NCBI GenBank assembly: GCA_963836205.1 | Contig: CAWIIV010000006.1 | Location: 96,001 to 160,000 of the forward strand | Length of the DNA: 64,000 nucleotides | Direction of reading: 5' to 3' | Source of the DNA: an uncultured Acidimicrobiia bacterium | Lineage (GTDB): Bacteria > Actinomycetota > Acidimicrobiia > Acidimicrobiales > AC-14 | In this document: positions 1 to 8,184 of the stretch, piece by piece | How positions within the stretch are numbered: the stretch's first letter is position 1 | Layout of the letters: every line of letters begins with the position of its first letter | Position numbers and translations under genes: made by a program | Notes under the pieces: generated by a model | Seen by the model: the letters and a program-made list of their open reading frames with translations, nothing else | The model's database searches: none | What the model was told of the DNA's origin: nothing

Positions 1-760
1 TCGGAAACCTGTTGAATGCTTCCGATGCGAGCCAGACCGCGTGGAGTAGGTAGCAGTGGACAAGCGGCTGCCCGTAGTAGTAACTGAGCTGTCGCGACGA
101 CATCGTGTACGTCCGCACGAATGTTCTCGTAAGGAACCCGGACAGAACGGCGCCGGCAGCCGTGAGAATGGCGGCTGTGATCTTCGCGCTCGGCATACCG
201 ACGCCTGCCGACGCCGCCGTTCCCGTCACCAGCGCCAGAAATCCCACGGACGCTGCCACCAGGCTGGCGTAGTACGACATTCGAGCCTGTTTCTGCGCGA
301 TCGCGACGAACTGGCTCATTTGCGTGAAATTGACGTTCGCAAGTCCGGCCAACGTCCTGTTTTCCAGATGTTCAAGAGCCTTGCCCATTTGGGCGCAGTG
401 GGAGTTGCTCTGGTCTTCTTCGTCCTTCCGCATACGGATCTCCCGAGCCAACAGGGCCGGCACGACGACACAACTCAGGAGGGACGAAGCGGCGAGCGTG
501 AAGGCCGCGGGCGCCAGACGACTCTCGCTTTGGACGAGGAAAAGGCCGCCTACCGTTGCGGACACGGTAAGGGCCAGAAAGGGCACCACGCTGAGCGCGA
601 TGACGTGCTTCTCATGGGCCGTGCGACCTCGACGTGGTTTGTCTCGATGATCGGATGAGGCGGGGAGCGACGCGGAACTTTGTGGATCCGCGCCGTTGCC
701 ATTAACAGGGGTATGAGAGATCAGGTCTCCGGGATTCGCCCCAGACTCATTCGTCGCCAT
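1..760 (-). CDS. Membrane protein, partial (runs off window); C-terminal part resembles TRADD-N-associated 2TM domain
   Basis: Manual translation from ATG 760 (GAGG upstream): MATNESGANP...QARMSYYASLVAASVGFLALVTG...GAVLSGFLTRTFVRTYTMSSRQLSYYYGQP; open to window edge, so absent from ORF track. Confidence 0.65.
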   Translation of the reverse strand, partial: MATNESGANPGDLISHTPVNGNGADPQSSASLPASSDHRDKPRRGRTAHEKHVIALSVVPFLALTVSATVGGLFLVQSESRLAPAAFTLAASSLLSCVVVPALLAREIRMRKDEEDQSNSHCAQMGKALEHLENRTLAGLANVNFTQMSQFVAIAQKQARMSYYASLVAASVGFLALVTGTAASAGVGMPSAKITAAILTAAGAVLSGFLTRTFVRTYTMSSRQLSYYYGQPLVHCYLLHAVWLASEAFNRFP

Positions 761-796
761 TCCGCCGTCCTCGCATGAATCGGATGAGGCCTCGGA

Positions 797-2226
797 AGTT
801 GCGTCCACAGACGTGGTGTACGAGTCGGCGCTGAGGGCCTGACGGCCTGACCATCCCCCCGACGCGACGACCACCGCGTCAACCTCAGAAGGAAGAGACC
901 AAGCAACCAACTGAGGAGGAACACGGTGGTCCCTGACACCTTTAGCGCACTCGCCTGGCTGCGCAAGCACATCGACGGCGAGGGCGGCAACGACGTCATC
1001 CGCGACATGGTCAAGGTCTTCGCCGAGCAGCTCATGTCGGCCGAGGCCGACAACGCCTGCGGCGCGGCCTGGGGCGAGCGCAGCCCGGAGCGGGTGAACT
1101 CCCGCAACGGCTACCGCGGCCGTGGCTTCGACACCCGGGCCGGCACCATCGAGTTGGCCGTGCCCAAGCTGCGCTCGGGCAGCTACTTCCCCGACTGGCT
1201 GCTCGAGCCCCGCCGGCGGGCGGAGAAGGCCCTGGTGGCGGTGGTGGCCGAGGCCTACGTGGCCGGCGTGTCGACCCGGCGGGTGGACGCCCTGGTGCAG
1301 TCCATGGGCATCGACGGGATCTCCAAGTCCCAGGTCTCGGAGATGGCCCGCAGCCTCGACGCCGCCGTCGACGCCTTCCGCTCCCGGCCCCTCGACGCCG
1401 GGCCCTACGCCTACGTGGCCATCGACGCGCTGACCCAGAAGGTGCGGGAGGAGGGCCGCATCGTCAACATCGCCTGCGCCGTGGCCTGCGGCGTCAACGC
1501 CGACGGGCACCGGGAGATCCTGGGCATGGACGTGTTCACCACCGAGACGGGAGCAGGCTGGACGACGTTCCTGCGGGGACTGGTGGCCCGGGGCCTGTCG
1601 GGGGTGTGCCTCGTCGTCTCCGACGCCCACGAGGGCCTCAAGGCCGCCATCGCGGGGGTGCTGCCGGGCGCCACCTGGCAGCGCTGCCGGACCCACTTCG
1701 TGCGCAACCTGCTCTCCAAGGTGCCCCGCTCGGCCCAGACCATGGTGGCCACGGGGGTGCGCACCATCTTCGAGCAGCCCGATGCCACCCAGGTCGTCGC
1801 TCAGCACGCCCGGGTGGTGGAACAGCTGGTGGCCAAGTACCCCGAGGCCGCCGGGATGCTCATCGACGCCCGGGCGGACCTGTTGGCCTTCACCACCTTC
1901 CCCAAGGAGCACTGGCGCCAGATCTGGTCCAACAACCCCCAGGAGCGGCTCAACAAGGAGCTGCGCCGGCGCACCGACGTGGTCGGCATCTTCCCCAACC
2001 GGGCCGCCGTGATCCGCCTCGTGGGGGCAGTGCTGGCCGAGCAGAACGACGAGTGGGCCGTCGCCCGGCGCTACATGTCCCCCGAGCTGCTGGCCAAGGC
2101 CCGAATGATCGTCATCGACGGAGGGCTCGATGACACGACCAACGACACCGACCTGGCCAAGGTGGGGTAAACAAGTCCCCGAGGTTGACGTGGTGGTGGT
2201 CATACACCACGTCCGTGGACGTGACC
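797..2226 (+). mobile_element. IS256-family insertion sequence
   Basis: 24-bp imperfect TIRs (AGTTGCGTCCACAGACGTGGTGTA / revcomp GGTCACGTCCACGGACGTGGTGTA); 9-bp TSD GGCCTCGGA at 788-796 and 2227-2235. Confidence 0.95.
926..2170 (+). CDS. IS256-family transposase
   Basis: RNGYR, VPKLR, GVSTRRV, SDAHEGL, WQRCRTHF, NNPQERLNKELRRRT motifs. Confidence 0.97.
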   Translation: MVPDTFSALAWLRKHIDGEGGNDVIRDMVKVFAEQLMSAEADNACGAAWGERSPERVNSRNGYRGRGFDTRAGTIELAVPKLRSGSYFPDWLLEPRRRAEKALVAVVAEAYVAGVSTRRVDALVQSMGIDGISKSQVSEMARSLDAAVDAFRSRPLDAGPYAYVAIDALTQKVREEGRIVNIACAVACGVNADGHREILGMDVFTTETGAGWTTFLRGLVARGLSGVCLVVSDAHEGLKAAIAGVLPGATWQRCRTHFVRNLLSKVPRSAQTMVATGVRTIFEQPDATQVVAQHARVVEQLVAKYPEAAGMLIDARADLLAFTTFPKEHWRQIWSNNPQERLNKELRRRTDVVGIFPNRAAVIRLVGAVLAEQNDEWAVARRYMSPELLAKARMIVIDGGLDDTTNDTDLAKVG

Positions 2227-2259
2227 GGCCTCGGAGTTTCGCGCACGTGCCGTTGGTCG

Positions 2260-3036
2260 TCAACGAGTCGCGAGCGATCGGCGTTGTTCGCCAGGAACAC
2301 ATGCGCCAAGGTCACCTCCCCATGACTTCGGCCGAGAGTCACCCTGGACCGTTGGCGCCCGTCGACGCTCGGTTGAACCGCCACGCCCCCCGCGTCGACA
2401 ACCGCCGACGGCGGGCCGAAATCGCAGCGCTCGAGCTAGCGCGGCATGGTGGGCCCGGATGTTGTCTCGGGCGAGGTCGACCGTCTCGATGATTCGGCGG
2501 GCGCGGGTCTCGGGGCGCTTGGCGGTCGCGATCCACTCCAGGATCAGCCGTCGCGACGACGGGGGGAAGGCCTGGAAGTTGGCCAAGGCCTGCTCGTCCT
2601 CGTCGAAGAGGCGTTGCAGATCGTCGGGGACGACTGCGTTCTGGGCGTCGGCCAGGGATTCCCACGTGCCGGTGGTCCTGGCCAGGTCGACGAGGGCCCG
2701 GCCGTGGGGGGTCATCAGTCCCGCGCTCGTCAGCCGCTCGACCCGCTCGCGGTTGCGGTTGCTCCACGTGCTCTTCGGGTTGCGGGGCGAGAACCGGAAA
2801 TAGCTGCTCTCCGCATCCCGCTTCACCCCCTTGCTGTCGATCCAGCCGTAGCAGAGGGCGTGCTCCACCAGATCGTCGAACAGCGCGCTCGGCGTATGGC
2901 TGCCCTTGTTGTAGACGATCAGCCACACCGCCGGCGCGGACTCGCAGTTCGTCTCCAGCCACGCCCGCCAGTCGTCGACCGACGCCGCGTAGAAGGCCGG
3001 CTCGCCGTCGAACGCATCCTCGTGGTCAGTGCACAT
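2260..3036 (-). CDS. YdeI/OmpD-associated family protein (3' end may be extended by a frameshift near 2440)
   Basis: WRAWL, ALCYGWIDS, FSPRNPKSTWS, AKRPETRARRI motifs. Confidence 0.85.
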   Translation of the reverse strand: MCTDHEDAFDGEPAFYAASVDDWRAWLETNCESAPAVWLIVYNKGSHTPSALFDDLVEHALCYGWIDSKGVKRDAESSYFRFSPRNPKSTWSNRNRERVERLTSAGLMTPHGRALVDLARTTGTWESLADAQNAVVPDDLQRLFDEDEQALANFQAFPPSSRRLILEWIATAKRPETRARRIIETVDLARDNIRAHHAALARALRFRPAVGGCRRGGRGGSTERRRAPTVQGDSRPKSWGGDLGACVPGEQRRSLATR

Positions 3037-3203
3037 CCGGCTGGTACCTCCCGCTGGACGAAGTGGACCCCGCGACATCTGGAGGACGGCGGCGATCATC
3101 GGTCGAAGGTAACCGGCGACTCACCTTCGGGCAGGCCCGCCGTCCACACGCCTCCGGCAAACGCGAGAAACTCCCACGCGACGCCGGGTGACGGAGGTAG
3201 GCC

Positions 3204-4166
3204 ATGAGCGACAAGCAGGTCAACATCGGGCGGGAAGTCCGGGGCGACGGTGGCGTGCGGCCCATCCTGCTGGCGATCGCGGGCGACAGCGGCACGGGGA
3301 AGACCACCCTCACCGCGGGCCTGGTGGCGGCGTTGGGCCGGGACCGGATCACGTCCATCGGCGCCGACGACTACCACCGCTACGACCGCGAGGAGCGCAA
3401 GTCGCTCCCGTTCACCCCGCTCCATCCCCGCGCCAACTACATCGACGTCATGGAGCAGCACCTCCAGCTCCTCGCCCTCGGCCAGCCCATCCTGAAGCCG
3501 ATCTACAACCACGACACCGGCCAGCTCGACCGCCCCGAGTACATCGAGCCCCGTGAGTTCGTGATCGTCGAGGGCCTCCTCCCCCTCCACACCCGGCTGG
3601 CGCGGGCCTGCTTCGACATCACCGTCTACCTCGACCCGCCGGAGGACATCCGCGTCGCCTGGAAGCTCGCTCGCGACACGAAGAAGCGGGGCTACACCGA
3701 GGAGCAGGTCCGGGCCGAGCTGGAGAAGCGGGAACCCGAGTCGGCCGAGTTCATCCGCCCGCAGCGGGCCCACGCCGACATCGTGGTGCGCTTCGCACCG
3801 ATCGAGGAACGGGGCGAGACGCCGGCCGACCCGCTCAGCGCCTACCTCCTCCTCCGGCCCACGATCAGCCACCCGGACCTGACCACCATCCTCGGCGACG
3901 ACACCCGCCAGGCCATGCACCTCAAGCTCCGGCGGGACGAGGACGGCAAGCCGGTCGACTCCGTCCACATCCATTCCTACGCCGACCGCGAGGAGACCAA
4001 GCAGGTGGAGCAGGCCATCTGGGACGAGCTGGGCGTGGAGGAGCCCGTCCCCGAGTCGCTCGGCCGCATCGACTCCGACATCCGCGACGAGCCCCTCGCC
4101 CTCACCCAGCTGATCCTGCTCTACCACCTCATCCAGGCCCGAGCCTCGGCCGCGGCCGCCCGCTGA
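3204..4166 (+). CDS. prk: Phosphoribulokinase, plant/cyanobacterial-like type
   Basis: GDSGTGKTT, DDYHRYDR, KPIYNH, VEGL, WKLARDTKKRG; GGAGG RBS. Confidence 0.85.
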   Translation: MSDKQVNIGREVRGDGGVRPILLAIAGDSGTGKTTLTAGLVAALGRDRITSIGADDYHRYDREERKSLPFTPLHPRANYIDVMEQHLQLLALGQPILKPIYNHDTGQLDRPEYIEPREFVIVEGLLPLHTRLARACFDITVYLDPPEDIRVAWKLARDTKKRGYTEEQVRAELEKREPESAEFIRPQRAHADIVVRFAPIEERGETPADPLSAYLLLRPTISHPDLTTILGDDTRQAMHLKLRRDEDGKPVDSVHIHSYADREETKQVEQAIWDELGVEEPVPESLGRIDSDIRDEPLALTQLILLYHLIQARASAAAAR

Positions 4167-4310
4167 CCGAAGCGGAACAGCGGAGTCGGGCCTGCCGGAT
4201 GGGACTGCGAACGCTGGACCTCCCGGGTACATTGGCGAGAAGTCCCTGGCAAGAGGAGGCGTGGTCGACGCTATGACTGAGATCCGCTTCCGGCCGGCCG
4301 TGGCCCCCCG

Positions 4311-5093
4311 TTGAACGCAGGTTCGCTCCTCATCACCGTCATCTACGCCGGGCTCCTTGCGTGGGGCTTCAGCGTGGGCGCCCGCCAGATCTACCAGGGC
4401 TTCAAGCGGCCCCAGGAGCTGCTCAACCCTCTCTTCTCCAACCGCTACGCCATCCGGCTGTTCACCCTCCACATCATCATCGTGTCGGCCGACCTCTTCG
4501 TGATCGGCCCGCTGGCCGTGGCCCACAAGAGCACCCTCTGGTACTGGGGCGGGCGGATCGCCCTGCTGCTGTCGTCACTGCCCCTGGCCACCTACCTCAA
4601 CCGCAACCCCCAGTCGTTCGGCAAGCTCATCGGCCGGTGGGTCGTGTTCCGCAACTTCTTCGAGTACACGCTGCACGTGGTGTTCGCGGCCATGGTGGTG
4701 AGCTGGTTCCGCTACTACCTGCTCCTGTGGTGGCTCGTCGCCTACCGCTACCTCGACGTCGGCCCCCGCCGGCTGCTGCAAAAGCTCTACAACACGCCCG
4801 AGAAGAAGGCGGCCCGCCCGTGGGCGCCCACCCTCAACTGGGCCGTGATCGCGTCTCTGTATTTCCTGACCTTCTTCGCGATCTACCACCGGCAGGTCCT
4901 GTTCGCCGATGTCCCCGATGCAGACGTACCCACCTACGTGGCCCAGCGCTGGGAGTATGGAGTGGTGATCGGGTTCAACCTGGCCCTCGCCCTGGCCACG
5001 TGGGTCATGACCAAGAAGTACACGGTGTCGCTCATGCAAGAGGCGGCTGAACGCCGGCAGGTCCCCGAAGTCGGACCGCTGGGCGCGCACTAG
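4311..5093 (+). CDS. Hypothetical polytopic membrane protein
   Basis: About 7 hydrophobic segments, GC-biased third positions, stop 12 nt before the peroxidase ATG. Confidence 0.8.
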   Translation: MNAGSLLITVIYAGLLAWGFSVGARQIYQGFKRPQELLNPLFSNRYAIRLFTLHIIIVSADLFVIGPLAVAHKSTLWYWGGRIALLLSSLPLATYLNRNPQSFGKLIGRWVVFRNFFEYTLHVVFAAMVVSWFRYYLLLWWLVAYRYLDVGPRRLLQKLYNTPEKKAARPWAPTLNWAVIASLYFLTFFAIYHRQVLFADVPDADVPTYVAQRWEYGVVIGFNLALALATWVMTKKYTVSLMQEAAERRQVPEVGPLGAH

Positions 5094-5105
5094 GAGGAAG
5101 CACAC

Positions 5106-7106
5106 ATGAAGGTGGTCAAGAAGGTCACGAAGGCGGCGGTCGTGGGGTTCCCGGTGGTGATGTGGTTGAAGAAGCGCAAGTCGCCGGGACCGGTCGTGCC
5201 CAAGGGCTACCACGACAACTTCATCTGGAACACCTGGGACCGCATCGCCACCGCCGTCGACCACAAGCGGGGATGGGACAAGCTCCCCACCTTCCTCGGG
5301 ATCCCGATCCTGATCGGCGTCCGCGACGTCCTGCGCAAGCAGAACCTGTTCGACACCACCGGTCAGCCGGCGGTGAACCCGCCGCCCGTCGACGCCTACG
5401 ACGGCCACGTCCTCACCACCCGCACCGCCGACGGCACCTACAACGACCTCGAGAACCCGGCCATGGGGATGGCGGGGTCGCGGTTCGGGCGCAACGTCCC
5501 GATCGAGGACACCTACCCCGAGGAAGGACCCGATCTCCTCACCCCGAGCCCCCGCGAGATCAGCCGCACGGTGATGATCCGGGACAAGGGAATCATCGAG
5601 GCCACGTCGTGCAACACGCTGGCGGCCAGCTGGTTGCAGTTCATGATCCGGGACTGGTTCAGCCACGGCAAGAGCCCGGCCGACAACCCCATCGAGATCC
5701 CGCTGGCGCCCGACGACGAGTGGCCGACGAACCGGCAACCCGACCGCAAGCCGATGACGATCCCGCGCACCCGCCCCGACCCCACCCGTCCGCCGGGGCC
5801 GAGCGACCTGCCGCCCACCTACACCAACACCGAGACCCACTGGTGGGACCTGTCGAGCATCTACGGCAGCACCAAGCCGTACCGCGACCTGGTGCGCTCC
5901 CGCGTCGACGGCAAGCTCCACGTCACCCAGGCCGGCCTCATCCCCTATCCCACCGACCCCGACCTCAACCCGGCCCTCGTCCCCGGCTTCTGGCTGGGCC
6001 TGGCCATGCTCCAGAACCTGTTCACCCTCGAGCACAACTCCATCTGCGACCACCTGAAGTCGCAGTACCCGGCCCTCACCGACGACCAGCTGTTCGAGCA
6101 CGCCCGCCTGATCACCGCCGCCCTGGTGGCCAAGATCCACACCGTCGAGTGGACGACGGCCGTGATCAGCCACCCGACGACGGTGGTCGCCCTGCGCACC
6201 AACTGGTGGGGCCTGGCCGGCGAGCGCGTCCACAAGCGTTTCGGCCGCATCAGCAAGAGCGAGGTGATCAGCGGCATCCCCGGCTCGGAGGCGCAGCACT
6301 ACAACGTGCCCTACTGCCTCACCGAGGAGTTCGTCGCCGTCTACCGCATGCACCCGCTGCTGCCCGACGACTACCCGCTGTACTCGGCCGCCGACCACTC
6401 CGTGATCGACGCCAAGGCCACCCTGCGCTCCATGGCGGGGCAGGGGGCGATCGACACCCTCGACAAGGTGTCGATGACCGACCTCTTCTACTCCTTCGGC
6501 CAGCTCCACCCGGGGGTGGTCTGCCTCCACAACTTCCCCCGCTTCCTTCAGGAGTTCATCCGGCCCGACGGGCTCATGCTCGACATGGCCGCCCTCGACA
6601 TCGTGCGCTCACGGGAGCTGGGGGTGCCCCGGTACAACGAGTTCCGCAAGCTGCTCCACATGCCGCCGGCGAAGGACTTCCACGACCTCACCGACAACCC
6701 CCAGTGGGCGCAGGAGCTGGAGGACCTCTACGGCGACATCGACAAGGTCGACGTCACCCCGGGCATGTTCGCCGAGCGCCTGCCGAAGGGCTTCGCCTTC
6801 AGCGACACCGCCTTCCGCATCTTCGTGCTGATGGCGTCCCGGCGGCTCAACAGCGACCGGTTCTTCACCGACGACTACACGCCTGAGGTGTACACCAAGG
6901 CCGGGCTCGATTGGATCGACGACAACACCATGGTGACGGTGCTCCTGCGCCACTATCCCCACCTGCGGGGCACCATGCGGGGCGTGCAGAACGCCTTCCA
7001 CCCGTGGGTCAAGGCCGGAGACCTGACCTCGCGCTCCCGGCTCGTCCGGCTCTGGCGCCAGCCGGCGGCGCCGAACACCACCAGCGCGCCGAGGGCGGCG
7101 ACGTAG
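5106..7106 (+). CDS. Animal-type heme peroxidase, fatty-acid alpha-dioxygenase-like
   Basis: RTADGTYNDL, THWWDLSSIYG, AKIHTVEWT, EEFVAVYRMHPLLPD, RSRELGVPRYNEFR, ASRRLNSDRFFT. Confidence 0.92.
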   Translation: MKVVKKVTKAAVVGFPVVMWLKKRKSPGPVVPKGYHDNFIWNTWDRIATAVDHKRGWDKLPTFLGIPILIGVRDVLRKQNLFDTTGQPAVNPPPVDAYDGHVLTTRTADGTYNDLENPAMGMAGSRFGRNVPIEDTYPEEGPDLLTPSPREISRTVMIRDKGIIEATSCNTLAASWLQFMIRDWFSHGKSPADNPIEIPLAPDDEWPTNRQPDRKPMTIPRTRPDPTRPPGPSDLPPTYTNTETHWWDLSSIYGSTKPYRDLVRSRVDGKLHVTQAGLIPYPTDPDLNPALVPGFWLGLAMLQNLFTLEHNSICDHLKSQYPALTDDQLFEHARLITAALVAKIHTVEWTTAVISHPTTVVALRTNWWGLAGERVHKRFGRISKSEVISGIPGSEAQHYNVPYCLTEEFVAVYRMHPLLPDDYPLYSAADHSVIDAKATLRSMAGQGAIDTLDKVSMTDLFYSFGQLHPGVVCLHNFPRFLQEFIRPDGLMLDMAALDIVRSRELGVPRYNEFRKLLHMPPAKDFHDLTDNPQWAQELEDLYGDIDKVDVTPGMFAERLPKGFAFSDTAFRIFVLMASRRLNSDRFFTDDYTPEVYTKAGLDWIDDNTMVTVLLRHYPHLRGTMRGVQNAFHPWVKAGDLTSRSRLVRLWRQPAAPNTTSAPRAAT

Positions 7107-7861
7107 ATCCACACGGCCGGGGTCGACCAGTCGATCTCGTCCGGGTAGCGGGCGACCGCCACCAGCTGGAGGACTCCGAGCACCACGTAGGTGATGCTCA
7201 GGGGGCGGAGGCGGGCCCAGTCGTTCTCCCATGCGGCCTGGCCGGCGGTAAGTCCGACGATCACCAGCCACGCCCCCACCGCCCGGCTGGTGAGGACGGT
7301 GAGCGACCACGGCCACCACTCGGCCGCGTCGGACGGGATGAGGACGAGGGCCGCGCCCAAGAGGGTGACGGCCACTGCCAGCACGCTCGTCACCAGCCGC
7401 AGCCAGGCCGGCAGGGGAGCCCGGCGGGACGGCTCGCCCCCGGCGATACGGCGCTGGTAGAGGAGGACGGCCGTCACCGACGGGGGCAGGAGGGCGTAGG
7501 TGACCAGCCACGCCCAGCCGAAGAACGAGTCCATGTGGAAGGTGTCGAGGTGGACGAGGGTGACCACCAAGGTGGTGGTGGTGAAGACCAGCACCGCCGG
7601 CAGCGGCACCCGGGCCACCGCCCACAGCCGCTCCCGGGCCGACATCCCGTCGAGGCAGGCGGCGGCCAGGTAGCCGGCACCGAGGAAGGCGGCGGTGAGG
7701 GGCGAGGCGATGGTCCAGGCGAAGAAGTCGTCGGTGTGCTCGGTGAGGACGAACAGGTCGAGCCCGGCGGCCAGCACCAGCACCGTGCCCGCCAGCAGCA
7801 GGCGGCGGGTGGGCGTGGAGACCGGCTTCAGCGTGGCGTTCGGGGCGGGGCTGTCGCTCAC
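6953..7861 (-). CDS. Hypothetical membrane protein with two internal repeats
   Basis: FFAWTI..LTAAFLGA and WWPWSLT.LTSRAVGA repeats; GTGA overlap with upstream small ORF. Confidence 0.8.
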   Translation of the reverse strand: MSDSPAPNATLKPVSTPTRRLLLAGTVLVLAAGLDLFVLTEHTDDFFAWTIASPLTAAFLGAGYLAAACLDGMSARERLWAVARVPLPAVLVFTTTTLVVTLVHLDTFHMDSFFGWAWLVTYALLPPSVTAVLLYQRRIAGGEPSRRAPLPAWLRLVTSVLAVAVTLLGAALVLIPSDAAEWWPWSLTVLTSRAVGAWLVIVGLTAGQAAWENDWARLRPLSITYVVLGVLQLVAVARYPDEIDWSTPAVWIYVAALGALVVFGAAGWRQSRTSREREVRSPALTHGWKAFCTPRMVPRRWG

Positions 7862-8100
7862 GGCACCTCGACCTCCCGCACCTCGACCGCCACCGTCCGC
7901 CGGGCGACGTAGCCGGGGAGCTGGGCCAGCGCCGCCGTCTCGTCGCCCGCCTCGACCGTCCACCACAGGCCGTGGCCGCCCGAGTCGCACGACGCCAGCA
8001 CCGGCTGCTGGCGCAGGGGGCTGTCGAAGCCGTTCCAGGCGGCGAAGGCGACCGGGCACTCCCGGGGCCGGTGGGAGTGGCAGAGAAGAAAGGTAGGCAT
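7858..8100 (-). CDS. Small His/Cys-containing protein (80 aa), probably leaderless
   Basis: MPTFLLCHSHRPRECP...SCDSGGHGLWWTVEA; CATTCT 6 nt upstream of ATG. Confidence 0.75.
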   Translation of the reverse strand: MPTFLLCHSHRPRECPVAFAAWNGFDSPLRQQPVLASCDSGGHGLWWTVEAGDETAALAQLPGYVARRTVAVEVREVEVP

Positions 8101-8106
8101 GACCGT

Positions 8107-8151
8107 AGAATGACCGCCCCGCGGAGTCGGCGCATCAGGGAAACCCTTGAT
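8107..8151 (-). promoter_or_regulatory. Palindromic operator plus -10 element (putative LAL-activated promoter)
   Basis: ATCAAGGGTTTCCCTGAT-N21-CATTCT-N6-ATG. Confidence 0.55.
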
Positions 8152-8184
8152 CGCCGTCCCTGAAGAAGCGCTGGGTGACCGAAG

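Noticed and set aside
56-658. Plus-strand 200-aa ORF
   Set aside because: Antisense to a better membrane-protein ORF starting at 760
6953-7106. About 150-bp convergent 3' overlap as antisense regulation
   Set aside because: Both tails look like non-conserved run-on after stop loss; no supporting signal
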